From Octopus sinensis (Eukaryota), in assembly GCF_006345805.1 (NCBI RefSeq), contig NW_021832782.1, forward strand, positions 1 to 32,592: a DNA stretch of 32,592 nt, read 5' to 3'. The notes beneath the pieces were generated by a model. The model ran no database searches. It saw only the letters and a list, made by a program, of their open reading frames with translations, and was not told the origin of the DNA. Positions within the stretch are counted from its first letter, which is position 1. Every line of letters begins with the position of its first letter. A program made the position numbers and the translations under genes. Positions 21,953-32,592 of the stretch are shown piece after piece.

Positions 21953-21989
21953 CATACATACATACATACATACATACATACATACATGC

Positions 21990-22020
<31 letters not shown>

Positions 22021-22050
22021 CATACATACATGCATACATACATACATATG
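21850..22050. repeat. (CATA)n microsatellite
   Basis: Direct reading. Confidence 0.96.
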
Positions 22051-22332
22051 CATAATGACAGAGATAAAATGGCTGTGAATATATGAATCGGCAATTTGTA
22101 TTCCAATCTGCGTTATCATTTAGTTTAGCAACTTCTTTTAAGCATGAAAAACGAAGATTCTCTATTAAGTCAATTCAGATTTTCTTTTCTCTAAACTGAA
22201 TACAGATAATTTTTAATATGTTCTAGCGTTGTAGGATTATGGGTATTACCTTGAGCTAAGATTAATCTAGAGCTATGCGGTACGCGCAGCACTTCAACAG
22301 TTTCAACACAGAAAGTGCACACGCACACAATC

Positions 22333-22372
<40 letters not shown>

Positions 22373-22959
22373 ATATATATATATATATGCACACACATTC
22401 GTATGTATCTATGTATGGGCATGTACACACGATGGTACAGAATTACATATTTATGGACATTGATATCTCGCCAAGGACGAATGGAAAACTGTAGACGCAA
22501 TTGCACTTAAAAGAACGAAACCTTTTATAAGATCTGCAAATACATTGGGCTAATTGCTAGGAAAGTACAAAGTACTTTGAAACATAAAGTTCAAAGCATT
22601 TATTGAATTAAACGCGTTAATATACTTACATATGGGTAAAAACAATATTATTACCTCGCTTGCTTGAGTCTTTCGTTCTTGTAATAAAGAAGCCATACCA
22701 TGTGATGTGGTGTGGTGGCCTGTGCATTGGAGAATAAGAAAAATATCTAAGCTATAATAAACATGACCAATGGCTGGTTTACAACAATGGATTCTTAGAA
22801 TATTGGTGGAACCAAATCTAAAGCCCCCCCCCACCTCCCAAATTTTAATTTAAGGTAACACTTGTGGTATATTTTATAAAAAAGCTTAAAGCAGAAGTTA
22901 AACATGACATTTTATGGAAATCAACTATCAAGTTTATGTTTAGAAATATATCATTTTCA

Positions 22960-23450
22960 TTTCTACTCTAGGCACAAGGACTAAATCTACGAAAGTTGGT
23001 GAGTATCTAAGTAATGATACTGCACAAGTATTTACAGCCTTCACTAGATTCGAACCATTTAGCTTTGACTTCATTAGCTTCCTCACTCTTCTCATGCACT
23101 CCTTCTCGATTTCCGTTTTCCTTTCTATCGTTAGTAATCTGTCGGATTCTAATACTCCTAGATACTTATAACTCTCTCCTCCTTTCAAAGGTTTATGGCC
23201 ATCTGGTAATTGGATGCCTTCGCTCTTGACTACCTTTCCTTTTCTCATGACTAATATTGCACACTTATCTATGCCAAATTCCATGCCTATATCTTTGTTG
23301 TAGAGTCTTACAGTCTGTATCAAGGAATCTATCTTTTTATCATTCTTACTAAAAAGGTTCAGATCATCCATGTAGAGCAAATGGTTAATTTTTTTCCATT
23401 TCTATTTCTGATCTGACATCCTGCCTTTGCCTTCCTCAATACAACGTTGA
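22960..23450 (-). pseudogene. Non-LTR retrotransposon RT fragment, R4/Dong clade
   Basis: INHLLYMDDLNLF...DIGMEFGIDKCA...SYKYLGVLE...RRVRKLMKSKLNGSNLVKAVNTCAVSLLRYS. The YMDD, DIGMEFGxDKC and SKLNGxN motifs are characteristic of R4/Dong-like RTs. Confidence 0.85.
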
Positions 23451-23480
23451 ACGGGAATCAAACATAACACAAGTAAACTT

Positions 23481-23659
23481 GGGGAGGGGGCCAGTTGATT
23501 CGATCGACCCTAGTACGCAATTGGTACTTAATTTATCGACCTCGAGAGGATGAAACGCAAAGTCGACCTCGACGGAATAGGAGCTCAGAACGTAAAGACA
23601 GACGAAAAGCTGTGAAGCATTCTGCCCCGCATGGTAACATTTCTGCCAGCCCGCCGCCT
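23481..23659 (-). mobile_element. SINE family C copy
   Basis: TGGTACTTAATTTATCGACC...GGATGAAA.GCAAAGTCGACCTCG is the reverse complement of 26900-26945. Confidence 0.85.
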
Positions 23660-23734
23660 TACATAAAATAAATATTAAATGTGTCAACGAGTCGTCCTGC
23701 AAAATATCTTTTTTAAAATTAACTTTCCCTGTTA

Positions 23735-23872
23735 TTATTATTAATATTTTGGTTTGATTCGGGTCCGGTCTTATTTCTGGTAAGAACTATGAGCTGAGTG
23801 GCTTACTACCTGTAACCTTATGTATCCACAGGTTTTCAGCAGTCTTTCCAGTTCTTAGAGCTCACCTGATAT
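23735..23872 (-). mobile_element. Possible 3' terminus of an R4/Dong-like LINE between (AAT)n runs
   Basis: Minus strand AGAACTGGAAAGACTGCTGAAAACCTGTGGATACATAAGG resembles a decayed GTxKILRKVLDT* ORF end. A short UTR and AATAATAATAA follow. Confidence 0.35.
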
Positions 23873-23897
23873 TATTATTATAATTGTTATTATTTTT

Positions 23898-24450
23898 GAG
23901 TGAGAGAGCTGTGCATACCATCAAAGTGACACTGGGGAAAAATATACGAAACCCAATATACCCATCATGACTACCCCTCTGATAAGGGTACACCAGGCAA
24001 ACCCATCACAAATATATGTGTGCGACGAAGTCATCTCATAACATAATGAACAGCGCATGACCTTGCAGTTGGGGCCCAGCTACAATTTCCTTAAGGTCGA
24101 AAAGCCCCGCCAGATAAAAGGTCCCTGAAGAAGGGTTGTTTAAGAATGATGAAAAAAACAACAATTTTTCCAAAGGTGAATTATCCAAACCCCAAAGAAT
24201 TTCTCCCAATACGTGGCTATGATGCTCCCACACTAGTTCTGCTCCTGGTCAGAGATGCACATATCGTCAGCCACTAAGGGACATGCTCAACTGGTTAAGG
24301 TCAAACAACTGACAAGTCTGTAGTATTGAGCAGAATGTTTGCTGTAGCCCATCTTTTACACCAAAACAAAACAACGTACATGATAACACCTCCAATCAGT
24401 TAAGATCAGAAGCCATGAGAGCTACTGTCTGTTACTACATCAGGGTATTT
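23898..24450 (-). mobile_element. ~555-bp (AAT)n-embedded element (family F, copy 2)
   Basis: Reverse complement of 16641-17196, for example the shared CAGCCACTAAGGGACATGCTCAACTGGTTAAGGTCAAACAACTGACAAG. Flanked by (TTA)n and (ATC)n/(ATT)n. Confidence 0.88.
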
Positions 24451-24489
24451 ATCATCATCATCATCATCATCATCACATCATCATCATCA

Positions 24490-24530
<41 letters not shown>

Positions 24531-24624
24531 GAATGATGATTACCGCAATGCATGGTGTTTCTCTCATAATTACAAAAGCGACGACGTCGCGTAAAGTCAT
24601 TTTTGTACGAAGGACCACATATAG

Positions 24625-24687
<63 letters not shown>

Positions 24688-24869
24688 GATACATATATAT
24701 ATATTGGTGTGTGGGTATGTATAAATCTATGTATATATATATATATCTGTGTGTATATATATCATATAATATATATCATATATATATATAGATATATATA
24801 TATGTTGTGTGGTGTGTGTGTGGGGGAGTTAATGTCTGTATTTTTGCAAAGATACATATATGTATATAT

Positions 24870-24914
<45 letters not shown>

Positions 24915-24990
24915 TATATATATTATATATCTATGCGTACATACATACATACATACACATATATATATATATAGGCTTATAATTTGTTAT
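24451..24990. repeat. (ATC)/(ATT)/(CA)/(TG)/(TA) microsatellite field
   Basis: Direct reading. Confidence 0.9.
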
Positions 24991-25154
24991 ATTCTCCTTC
25001 TTGAGTAGACAATTTTCTTACAGACAATTTTCTTGATATTACCAAGCAAAATTTCTTTGAAATTCTATTATTTTCGCCACCACCAACGATACACACGCAA
25101 AAAATATATATAACATTAAGCAAAAACAATCTAAAATAGATAAATAAATGCGTA

Positions 25155-25204
25155 AATAACAACAACAACAATAACAACAACAGTAATGCCACTAGTACTA
25201 CTAA

Positions 25205-25237
<33 letters not shown>

Positions 25238-25328
25238 TAATAATATAATAATAATATAATAATATAAAATAATAATAATTATAATAATAATGATAATAAT
25301 AATGATAATAATAATAATAATAATAATA

Positions 25329-25422
<94 letters not shown>
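25155..25422. repeat. Compound (CAA)n-(CTA)n-(TAA)n trinucleotide tract
   Basis: Direct reading. Confidence 0.95.
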
Positions 25423-25425
<3 letters not shown>

Positions 25426-25629
25426 TAATTTGGAAGAACAAAATAAAAGACTTTCTTTGTTGGGAAATTTTGTGAAGTAGCTCAGTAAACTTATACAATA
25501 ATAAAAGCATAAAATATTCTGCTTCCATAATACGGAATATTGGTCTCTCTCGTCGGAATAACGGCAAAGAAGATATTGAATACAGCTTATTTATGCTTTA
25601 ATATATTCATTCTGATAAAGAAACACTAT

Positions 25630-25654
25630 ATACACTCATACATATACCAAAACG

Positions 25655-25693
<39 letters not shown>

Positions 25694-25789
25694 CATATAT
25701 ATATATATATATATATTATATGTACATATGTATGTATGTATATGTATATATATATATATTACGTATGTGTGTATAGATAGGTATATTAC

Positions 25790-25829
<40 letters not shown>

Positions 25830-25931
25830 TATACGTATAGATGTAAGTATGTACATATAAGTATGTATATATGCATTATATATGATTGATATTATTATAT
25901 GTATATAACTTAGGAAAATTAATACATACGC

Positions 25932-25991
<60 letters not shown>

Positions 25992-26060
25992 AACGTCCAT
26001 ATATGTGTTTGCATGGATGCCTAGGTATGTACATATATACATATATATGTATGAGTCTGT
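25630..26060. repeat. (CA)/(TA)/(TG) microsatellite field
   Basis: Direct reading. Confidence 0.92.
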
Positions 26061-26807
26061 GTGTACAATAATTTACATACACCGTATCTGCATTTGCAAT
26101 CGCTTTGACGTTATTTATCATGTTTCTCTAAGAAGTCTTTCCTGAATATCAGAATCATATTTTGTATATATTTACCGCATGCATCACCACTATTCAGCAG
26201 CAAGGTCCACTCGGGTTTGCTTCATATTTCATTCCAAAACATATTTATTTTGTATATCAAAAATATTTCAAATATACATAAAATATTATACTATACAAAG
26301 ACACGTCATGAAATCATTTACAGATTTTCCCTCCAGGCTGTCGACGTTCTGTTGTTTGTTGCAGGCCATGTCTAACGTACAGGTGAACTTTAATTACATT
26401 TATCGTTAATTTCCCTCATTCATCATATTCACCTGTCACACAAATACTTATACTTTTCCTCTGCACCTCTATTACCGTTCCTTTATTACTGGACATGAAA
26501 AGTAATGAACGCATTTGTTTTAGCTAAGAGGGCGTAATATGACAGAATGATATTTAGGTTTATAACCAGAATATCAAAGATCCGGATAAATTAAATTAAT
26601 ATCAGTTCTGGAGATAATAGTTTTATTTCCTCGCTCTACATTTTGTGTAGGTCAAATTTTTGTTATTTGAAATGTTGGAATTGTCACCCTTTGCCTTGAT
26701 AATCATTAATTAACATTAGTTATTCAGTTTATACTTCCATATCCAGCGAGTAAAGAAAATTTATATTAATCATAATTATTTTGTCTACAATATAAAATCT
26801 ATCACTA

Positions 26808-27040
26808 GAGCGGCGAGCTGGCAGAAACGTTAGCACGCCGGGCGAAATGCGTAGCCGTATTTCGTCTGTCGTTACGTTGTGAGTTAAAATTCCGCCGAGG
26901 TCGACTTTGCCTTTCATCCTTTCGGGGTCGATAAATTAAGTACCAGTTACGCACTGGGGTCGATGTAATCGACTTAATACCTATGTCTGTCCTTGTTTGT
27001 CCCCTCTGTCTTTAGCCCCTTGTGGGTAATAAAGAAATAG
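26808..27040 (+). mobile_element. SINE family C, well-preserved copy
   Basis: GGCGAGCTGGCAGAAACGTTAGCACGCCGGGCGAAATGC head; central GAGGTCGACTTTGCCTTTCATCCTTTCGGGGTCGATAAATTAAGTACCAG domain; AATAAAGAAATA end. Confidence 0.88.
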
Positions 27041-27180
27041 GTATTTCGCCTGTCTTAACGTTCTGAGTTGAAATTTTGCTGAGGTCGACTCTGCCTTTCA
27101 TCCTTTCTGATTCGATAAATTTAGTACCAGTCAAGTACCCCTCCCCCAAAATTTCAGGCTTTGTGCCTAGAATAGAAAAA
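27041..27180 (+). mobile_element. Second, 5'-truncated family C copy directly abutting the first
   Basis: GTATTTCG.CTGTC..ACGTT.TGAGTT.AAATT...GAGGTCGACTCTGCCTTTCATCCTTTC repeats 26858-26945. Confidence 0.82.
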
Positions 27181-27257
27181 AATATAAAATATAACTGAAG
27201 TATTCGCTGAACAAAAATTTCAACAGAATAATTTTAGCCATGCCCAGTTGTCTATTT

Positions 27258-27353
27258 ATGGCTCAATAAACATTCACAATGCCCGGACTAAGAATCGAAA
27301 CCGCTCTCTTACGACCGCGAGTCCGCTGCCCTATATACTGGGCCATTGCGCCT
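27258..27353 (-). mobile_element. tRNA-like SINE head, family E
   Basis: Minus strand AGGCGCAATGGCCCAGTATATAGGGCAGCGGACTCGCGGTCGTAAG...GGTTTCGATTCTTAG has A- and B-box-like motifs. Confidence 0.6.
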
Positions 27354-28167
27354 ACACTGTTGTTGTGGCTGGAAATGTTTTTATTTCATCTTACCTCCGA
27401 TTTAATTGACAGAAACAGTTTAGCCTATCTTCCTCTTCTCATTCTAAATCTTTCCGGGGATATTTCTTCCACGTTTAAACCTTCAAGATTATCTTTATAT
27501 ATAGTTATTTTTCCAGTTCTTTACGCTCTGAGTTCTAATTCTTTCTAGATAAATTTTAGTCTCCAACCCCCAGGAGTAAATAAATTAAAATACCAGTCAA
27601 CTACTGGGGCTGATATAGTGGAGACCGACCTGTCGATTTTGATCCTTTGTACTATAAGTGAAATTTGGTTCATTTCTACTTATTGATCGTCGTTAAAAAT
27701 CAGTCAGTTAATTAAATAATCTATCCTTAATAAAGAGAAATGGAAGTCAGACTCTATAGAAAGTGAAACTAAATCGACTTTTAACTTTAATCACCTTTGT
27801 ATATTATTTAGGATCTTGGCCGAAATCCTACTGAGATATATCTAAGTTTACATCGCACCGGAAGTCTACAAAGAAGGACCAGTCACGTGCAGGACTTGGC
27901 TGCGCTTGATTTGATCGACTAAACCAACACTTGAAAATGCGTGTTTGGGCCTCAGAATTAAAAACAAATCGATGCACGTCTATGCTGCTGATTATTGTCC
28001 CCGTCAAATCATGCCTGGAGAATATATTTCATGAAATTCTTTCCATCCGTAACCGGACCAACATTTTTCATTCTGATATAAGATTACATTGTCCTATGTA
28101 CATACATATGTGTATGTGTGTACATGTGTCTGTGGGGGGGGTGCGCGCGTGTGTGTGTGCGTGTATT

Positions 28168-28352
28168 AGGCGGTGAGCTGACATACCGAAAGAAATGGTT
28201 CGCAGCATTTCGTCCGTCTTTACGTTCCGTGTTCAAATTTCGTCCAGATTGATATTGACTTTCGTCTTGTTGGGGTCGATAAGATAAATATTGAGATCGA
28301 TGTCATCGGCACACCCACCCCCAGAATCTGCTGGTCTATTGCCAGATTTACA
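28168..28352 (+). mobile_element. Diverged SINE family C copy
   Basis: AGGCGGTGAGCTG...GCATTTCGTCCGTCTTTACGTTC.G.GTTCAAATT...GGGGTCGATAA. Confidence 0.75.
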
Positions 28353-28359
28353 AACCTGT

Positions 28360-28368
28360 GTATATATA

Positions 28369-28403
<35 letters not shown>

Positions 28404-28700
28404 ATATATAATGTATACAAATATTTAAATAAATATATATATATATAAATATATATATATTTATACATATATACATATGTATGTATATATACATATATAT
28501 ACACACACATATACATCTATGTACATGTATGCATTTTGTGTATGGATGAATGGACATTCATGTATATATATATATATACACACACATATATATATATATC
28601 TTTCTAACTATCTATATGTCTATACATATATATGTGTGAGTGTGTGCGTGTGTGTACACACCCACCACACCACACACACACACACACATAGACATGCACA
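28360..28700. repeat. (TG)/(TA)/(CA) microsatellite field
   Basis: Direct reading. Confidence 0.92.
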
Positions 28701-29769
28701 AGCAACTGCGCATGTGCTCCCAATTCGACCAACTTATTCTTTTTCATATTACGTATTCGCAATAAGATTTTACTTCTTTTTAAATTTTTTCCCCAAATAA
28801 ATGTTTCTCCTTTCAGTATTTTTACCCTTGAACTAACCAGTTCATTTATTTCCTGTCCTCGTTTAAGACTTCTTCCACCCCTAAATGTCCCTGCTTCATA
28901 TTATATAAATTATTTGTCTAAGAGTTGTTATTTCCTTTGAGTATTATAGTCATATTCGTTCTATATCAAATCTAAGACACTACACCCCAATACAGATAAA
29001 TAATTTCTTTATTTCTTTTTTTTTATTACAAACCTTGATTCGTTTCGTCAAATGTTCCGTTTATTACAATAATCCACTGCAATATAATCAGATATTCGAT
29101 GTGTGGCTGTCTGTTATTTCTATTTTATTTTATTCTTGGTATTCAGACTAGTATTAAAACAGAGTTTGAATGGACGACATTGCTGTTTCACACCCGTGAA
29201 AATGTAATACCTATTTATTGTTTCCTCCCTCCCAGGGCTTACTTTAAGTCCCTCCAAATCCTTCTATGATTAACTTGACTTTTTCTTCCCCTGGGTTAGT
29301 GAAATAAGTAACGGAAATATATTTCGAAACATTCTATAGAATATATTTCCATTTCTGTTTCTTTCAGAAATTCGTCTCAAGATTATGTGACAGTAACCAA
29401 CATTATTCTAACTTGTCTATAATATTCTTTATTAAATGTTTGTTATATTTCTCCATTGACCAGAAGCCTATAGCACGAGATGGATGGACACGGTCCGTTA
29501 CATCGACTCTAGTATATTTTGTTATTGCATTTTTCGACCTTGGAGAATGGAAATATCAAATTCGATATGGCGTGTTTTGAACTCTCATGATCACCATCGT
29601 CATCATCCTTCAACGTCTTTGAGCAAGTAATACCAGTGAGTCGCGATACTCGGTACTGGTTGTACTGTTCCTCCTTTCGATCGCTGAATTCATAATTCTC
29701 CGGGTGGGTGATTTTCTTGAATCCCCACCTCATCTTTGTAGGCCACAATGTCCGTTGTACGCCACAGTC

Positions 29770-29922
29770 TCTACCAGAATGATACCCCAGTTACAGCTGC
29801 GTGAACGGGAGCAATTTGAAATGAAGTGTATTGCTCGAGAACGCAACACATATCCGGTTTGAGAATTCAAATTATGATCTTGCGATCGTGAGAGCAACAA
29901 CTAACGACTAAACTTGGCGTCT
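29770..29922 (-). mobile_element. Old SINE family D copy
   Basis: GGAGCAA..TGAAAT.AAGTG..TTGCTC.AG.AC.CAAC and CGATCGT.AG blocks are shared with 7555-7660. Confidence 0.6.
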
Positions 29923-30632
29923 TCCCATATTATTAGACAGCCGTTCACAATTTTGCGGTCTTCCGCCCTGCGACAAGTTCTGTTTTACGTCCTGCAGATC
30001 GTCCAATAAATCACGCTCCTTACTAAGCAAGCTTGGTGGCGTTAGAGGCTTCATAGCTGATAATCAGACAATGCAACTGTTTGTACTAGGTTACATATTA
30101 CCAGTAAGCATTCGAGAAAGACCTGACACAAAATGGATAAAACTACACATTTCGTAGCTTTTATTTAGAGTCTTAACTTTGATTTCATTTTATTTTTCAT
30201 GCTTACTCGAGTGAGAGTATTTCTGGACTCTTGAACTCCGAACGGTTTCCCAGTCTGACAGGCTTAAAGTGGTTAAGACCTAGTTACAACATTTGAGAAT
30301 CTATATTTGCTGTAAAACTGAAGGAAAAAGTAAAATTCCAGATGTTTAACGGACCGGGTTGGGAGGAGTGTTCAGATAGGTCCAGTGCAGAAACAAGGCA
30401 TTGACAGAATATAGGCAACGCAAGGAAGTCAAACACAATTTTAAAGAGTAGCGTATATAGAGTATCATTTAATCAGCAATTTCTGTGGAAAAAGTGTAAT
30501 AGCGATAAAATGGTAGGATCCGTGTTCTAGAGATCGAAGTTTGTTGATGATTCCTTGGAAACTGGTTGGATTTCTTTTCAGATGCGGGGTTGAATGTTGG
30601 TGTATATGGAAGCAGCATGGCCCCAGATTTTG

Positions 30633-30688
30633 GGAGAGTGGCTGTGTGGTAAGTAGCTTGCTTACCAGCCACATGGTTACGGGTTCAT
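30633..30688 (+). mobile_element. SINE family A head fragment
   Basis: GAGTGGCTGTGTGGTAAGTAGCTTGCTTACCAGCCACATGGTT matches 8173-8215. Confidence 0.85.
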
Positions 30689-31099
30689 TGTTACTGTTGT
30701 TGTAGTTGCTGCTGCTGCTGCACTCTGCCGGATTTTGTGTCCTGTATGGAAAGACAGTTTGTTGACAGTTCAGTTATGGGTAACAAGCTGTGAATATCTC
30801 TTTAATACTAGTCAATCATTAACCACATTAATCTCAACAGTCATGGAGAAATCTAAAGTTCATCAGTACTACTACTTCGTCTTCCAAATAAACAAATTTT
30901 ATGCCTTAAATATCGATTAAAACGGTTTTAGTGACATTTTAAAAGTGATTTCTGTTGATGTCCTTTTATGTTTGGAAGTGTGTTGCAATTTTGTCTATAT
31001 TTTACAGGCCTGGTGAGCCTCTGAAACAAAGTGGCACAAGTCTAGAATTGTGAATTTTGAACTTTTTCTTTTATAATAAGATATCTGAAATATAATTTA

Positions 31100-31248
31100 A
31101 GTTTCCGTCTACCAAATCCACTCACAAGGCTTTGGTCGGCCTGAGGCTAGAGTAGAAGACACTTGCCCAAGATGCCACGCAGTGGGACTGAACCCGGAAC
31201 CATGTGGTTGGTAAGCAAGCTACTTACCACACAGCCACTCATGCGCCT
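31100..31248 (-). mobile_element. SINE family A head, well preserved
   Basis: Near-identical to 8985-9109, with an intact AGGCGC start at 31248. Confidence 0.9.
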
Positions 31249-31249
31249 A

Positions 31250-31255
31250 TAAAAC
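31250..31255 (-). terminator. Pol III T4 terminator downstream of tRNA-Lys
   Basis: TTTT on the minus strand (31254-31251), 7 nt after the discriminator base. Confidence 0.55.
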
Positions 31256-31261
31256 GGATTA

Positions 31262-31334
31262 CGCCCGCAGAGGGACTCGAACCCGCGACCCTCAGATTAA
31301 AAGTCTGATGCTCTACCGACTGAGCTATATATAT
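31262..31334 (-). tRNA. tRNA-Lys(TTT) gene or pseudogene with the 5' acceptor strand replaced by (TA)n
   Basis: Minus strand TAGCTCAGTCGGTAGAGCATCAGACTTTTAATCTGAGGGTCGCGGGTTCGAGTCCCTCTGCGGGCG. The D and anticodon arms are intact, the T stem has one mismatch, and positions 1-6 read ATATAT instead of GCCCGC. Confidence 0.85.
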
Positions 31335-31544
31335 ATATAATACACACAAACATGGATATTTGCCATGGTGTGGATCCGTATCGGCATATTTTTCATAGAT
31401 TAATTGAGTTGCTGTCGAGATATTCGTTGTTATGTGCATCTTTAGGTCTTGTGAAGCCCAGCTAACTCCAGATATCGAAACAAAGAATTTCTTCCAGGAG
31501 CAGCGAAATAAGGAGTCAGAAGAAAGACGAGAGAGAATAGGATA

Positions 31545-31740
31545 CAAAGATAGATAGATAGATAGATAGATAGACAGATTGATAGATAGAGAGATAGATA
31601 GATAGATAGATAGAGGAGAGAGAGAGAGAGAGAGAAATAGTTACATACATGCATACATACATACATACATACATACATACGTACATACATATATACATAC
31701 AAACACACATACATAGACAGACAGATTGATTGGTACATAT
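31545..31740. repeat. (GATA)/(GA)/(CATA) microsatellites
   Basis: Direct reading. Confidence 0.95.
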
Positions 31741-31989
31741 ATGGGATATATATTAGATAGAGACCAAGAAAGTAAATAAGCGAAATGAAAGGAATGAGTC
31801 GGACCTAGTATAGGATTCTAGTGTATGAATCTGTCTTGAAATACCGGAACGAACATTTGACGTTGGCAGTATTAGAACTTCAATATTTAAAGTACAGAGA
31901 GCTGAACTGCATGGTACAAGAATTCGTTCTGGACCTTTGCGCATTTTATCCAACCTTGAAACGATTCCAACTAATTCTCTCCATGGTAT

Positions 31990-32172
31990 GTGTAGATACA
32001 TACATAGATACATCTACGTACACATACATACACATAGATACACACACGCGCGCCCACATACACTCACACACATATATATTTATATGCATACACATATGCA
32101 TACGTCTGTGTACCACTCTATTACTATCGTAACCTATACATTCATACACACACACATATAAGCAAATGTCTG

Positions 32173-32204
<32 letters not shown>

Positions 32205-32272
32205 TATATATACATACATATCAATAAATCTATATTTGTATCAACTATACATTCATAAGCTTAAATGCATGC

Positions 32273-32314
<42 letters not shown>

Positions 32315-32460
32315 ATAGTATATATATATATATATAATATTATACATATATATATATTTATATGATTATACATATATATATTATGTATGTATGTATGTAT
32401 GTATGTATGTATGTATATATGTATGTATGTATGTATGTATATATGTTCCCACATACACGT
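31990..32460. repeat. (CA)/(TA)/(TATG) microsatellite field
   Basis: Direct reading. Confidence 0.92.
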
Positions 32461-32592
32461 GCACGTTTTCCTACCTATACCTACAACACGAAATATTAAT
32501 AAAATTTCTCTGTCAATATTTCCAGGGCTTTTAATATATCTTTACTTAAGTGATTATTAATTCAATAAAGATCTCGTTATTGTCCACTTAAA

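Noticed and set aside
24977-25567. 196-aa minus ORF
   Set aside because: It is mostly poly-Y/I/V/L from a compound trinucleotide repeat.
30465-30674. Minus-strand ORFs of 67-69 aa
   Set aside because: They start inside a SINE head and have no recognisable domain.
31329-31500. Split or permuted tRNA explanation for the missing acceptor strand
   Set aside because: No GCCCGC segment was found nearby on the minus strand, either upstream or downstream of the tRNA body.

Overview
AT-rich, microsatellite-saturated eukaryotic (animal) intergenic or intronic DNA. The SINE families and repeat style are most consistent with an octopus/coleoid cephalopod genome (inference from recalled repeat families, not a database hit). 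No intact host protein-coding gene can be supported, and nearly all listed ORFs are translations of simple repeats. The window holds a broken Tc1 (DD34E) transposon with an IR/DR-type end, an internally deleted maT (DD37D) element, several Penelope-like (GIY-YIG) pieces, Dong/R4-type LINE fragments, a GC-rich ORF1/gag-like relic, many tRNA-derived SINE copies, two copies of a ~555-bp element inserted in (AAT)n, and a 5'-damaged tRNA-Lys(TTT). The most interesting structure is a young ~1.1-kb Penelope-like foldback at 20286-21440. Each arm carries a hammerhead-like motif with a non-canonical core (CCGAAGA...UGAAA, palindromic stem III), and three blocks of this motif recur in a second inverted-repeat element at ~13.3 kb.
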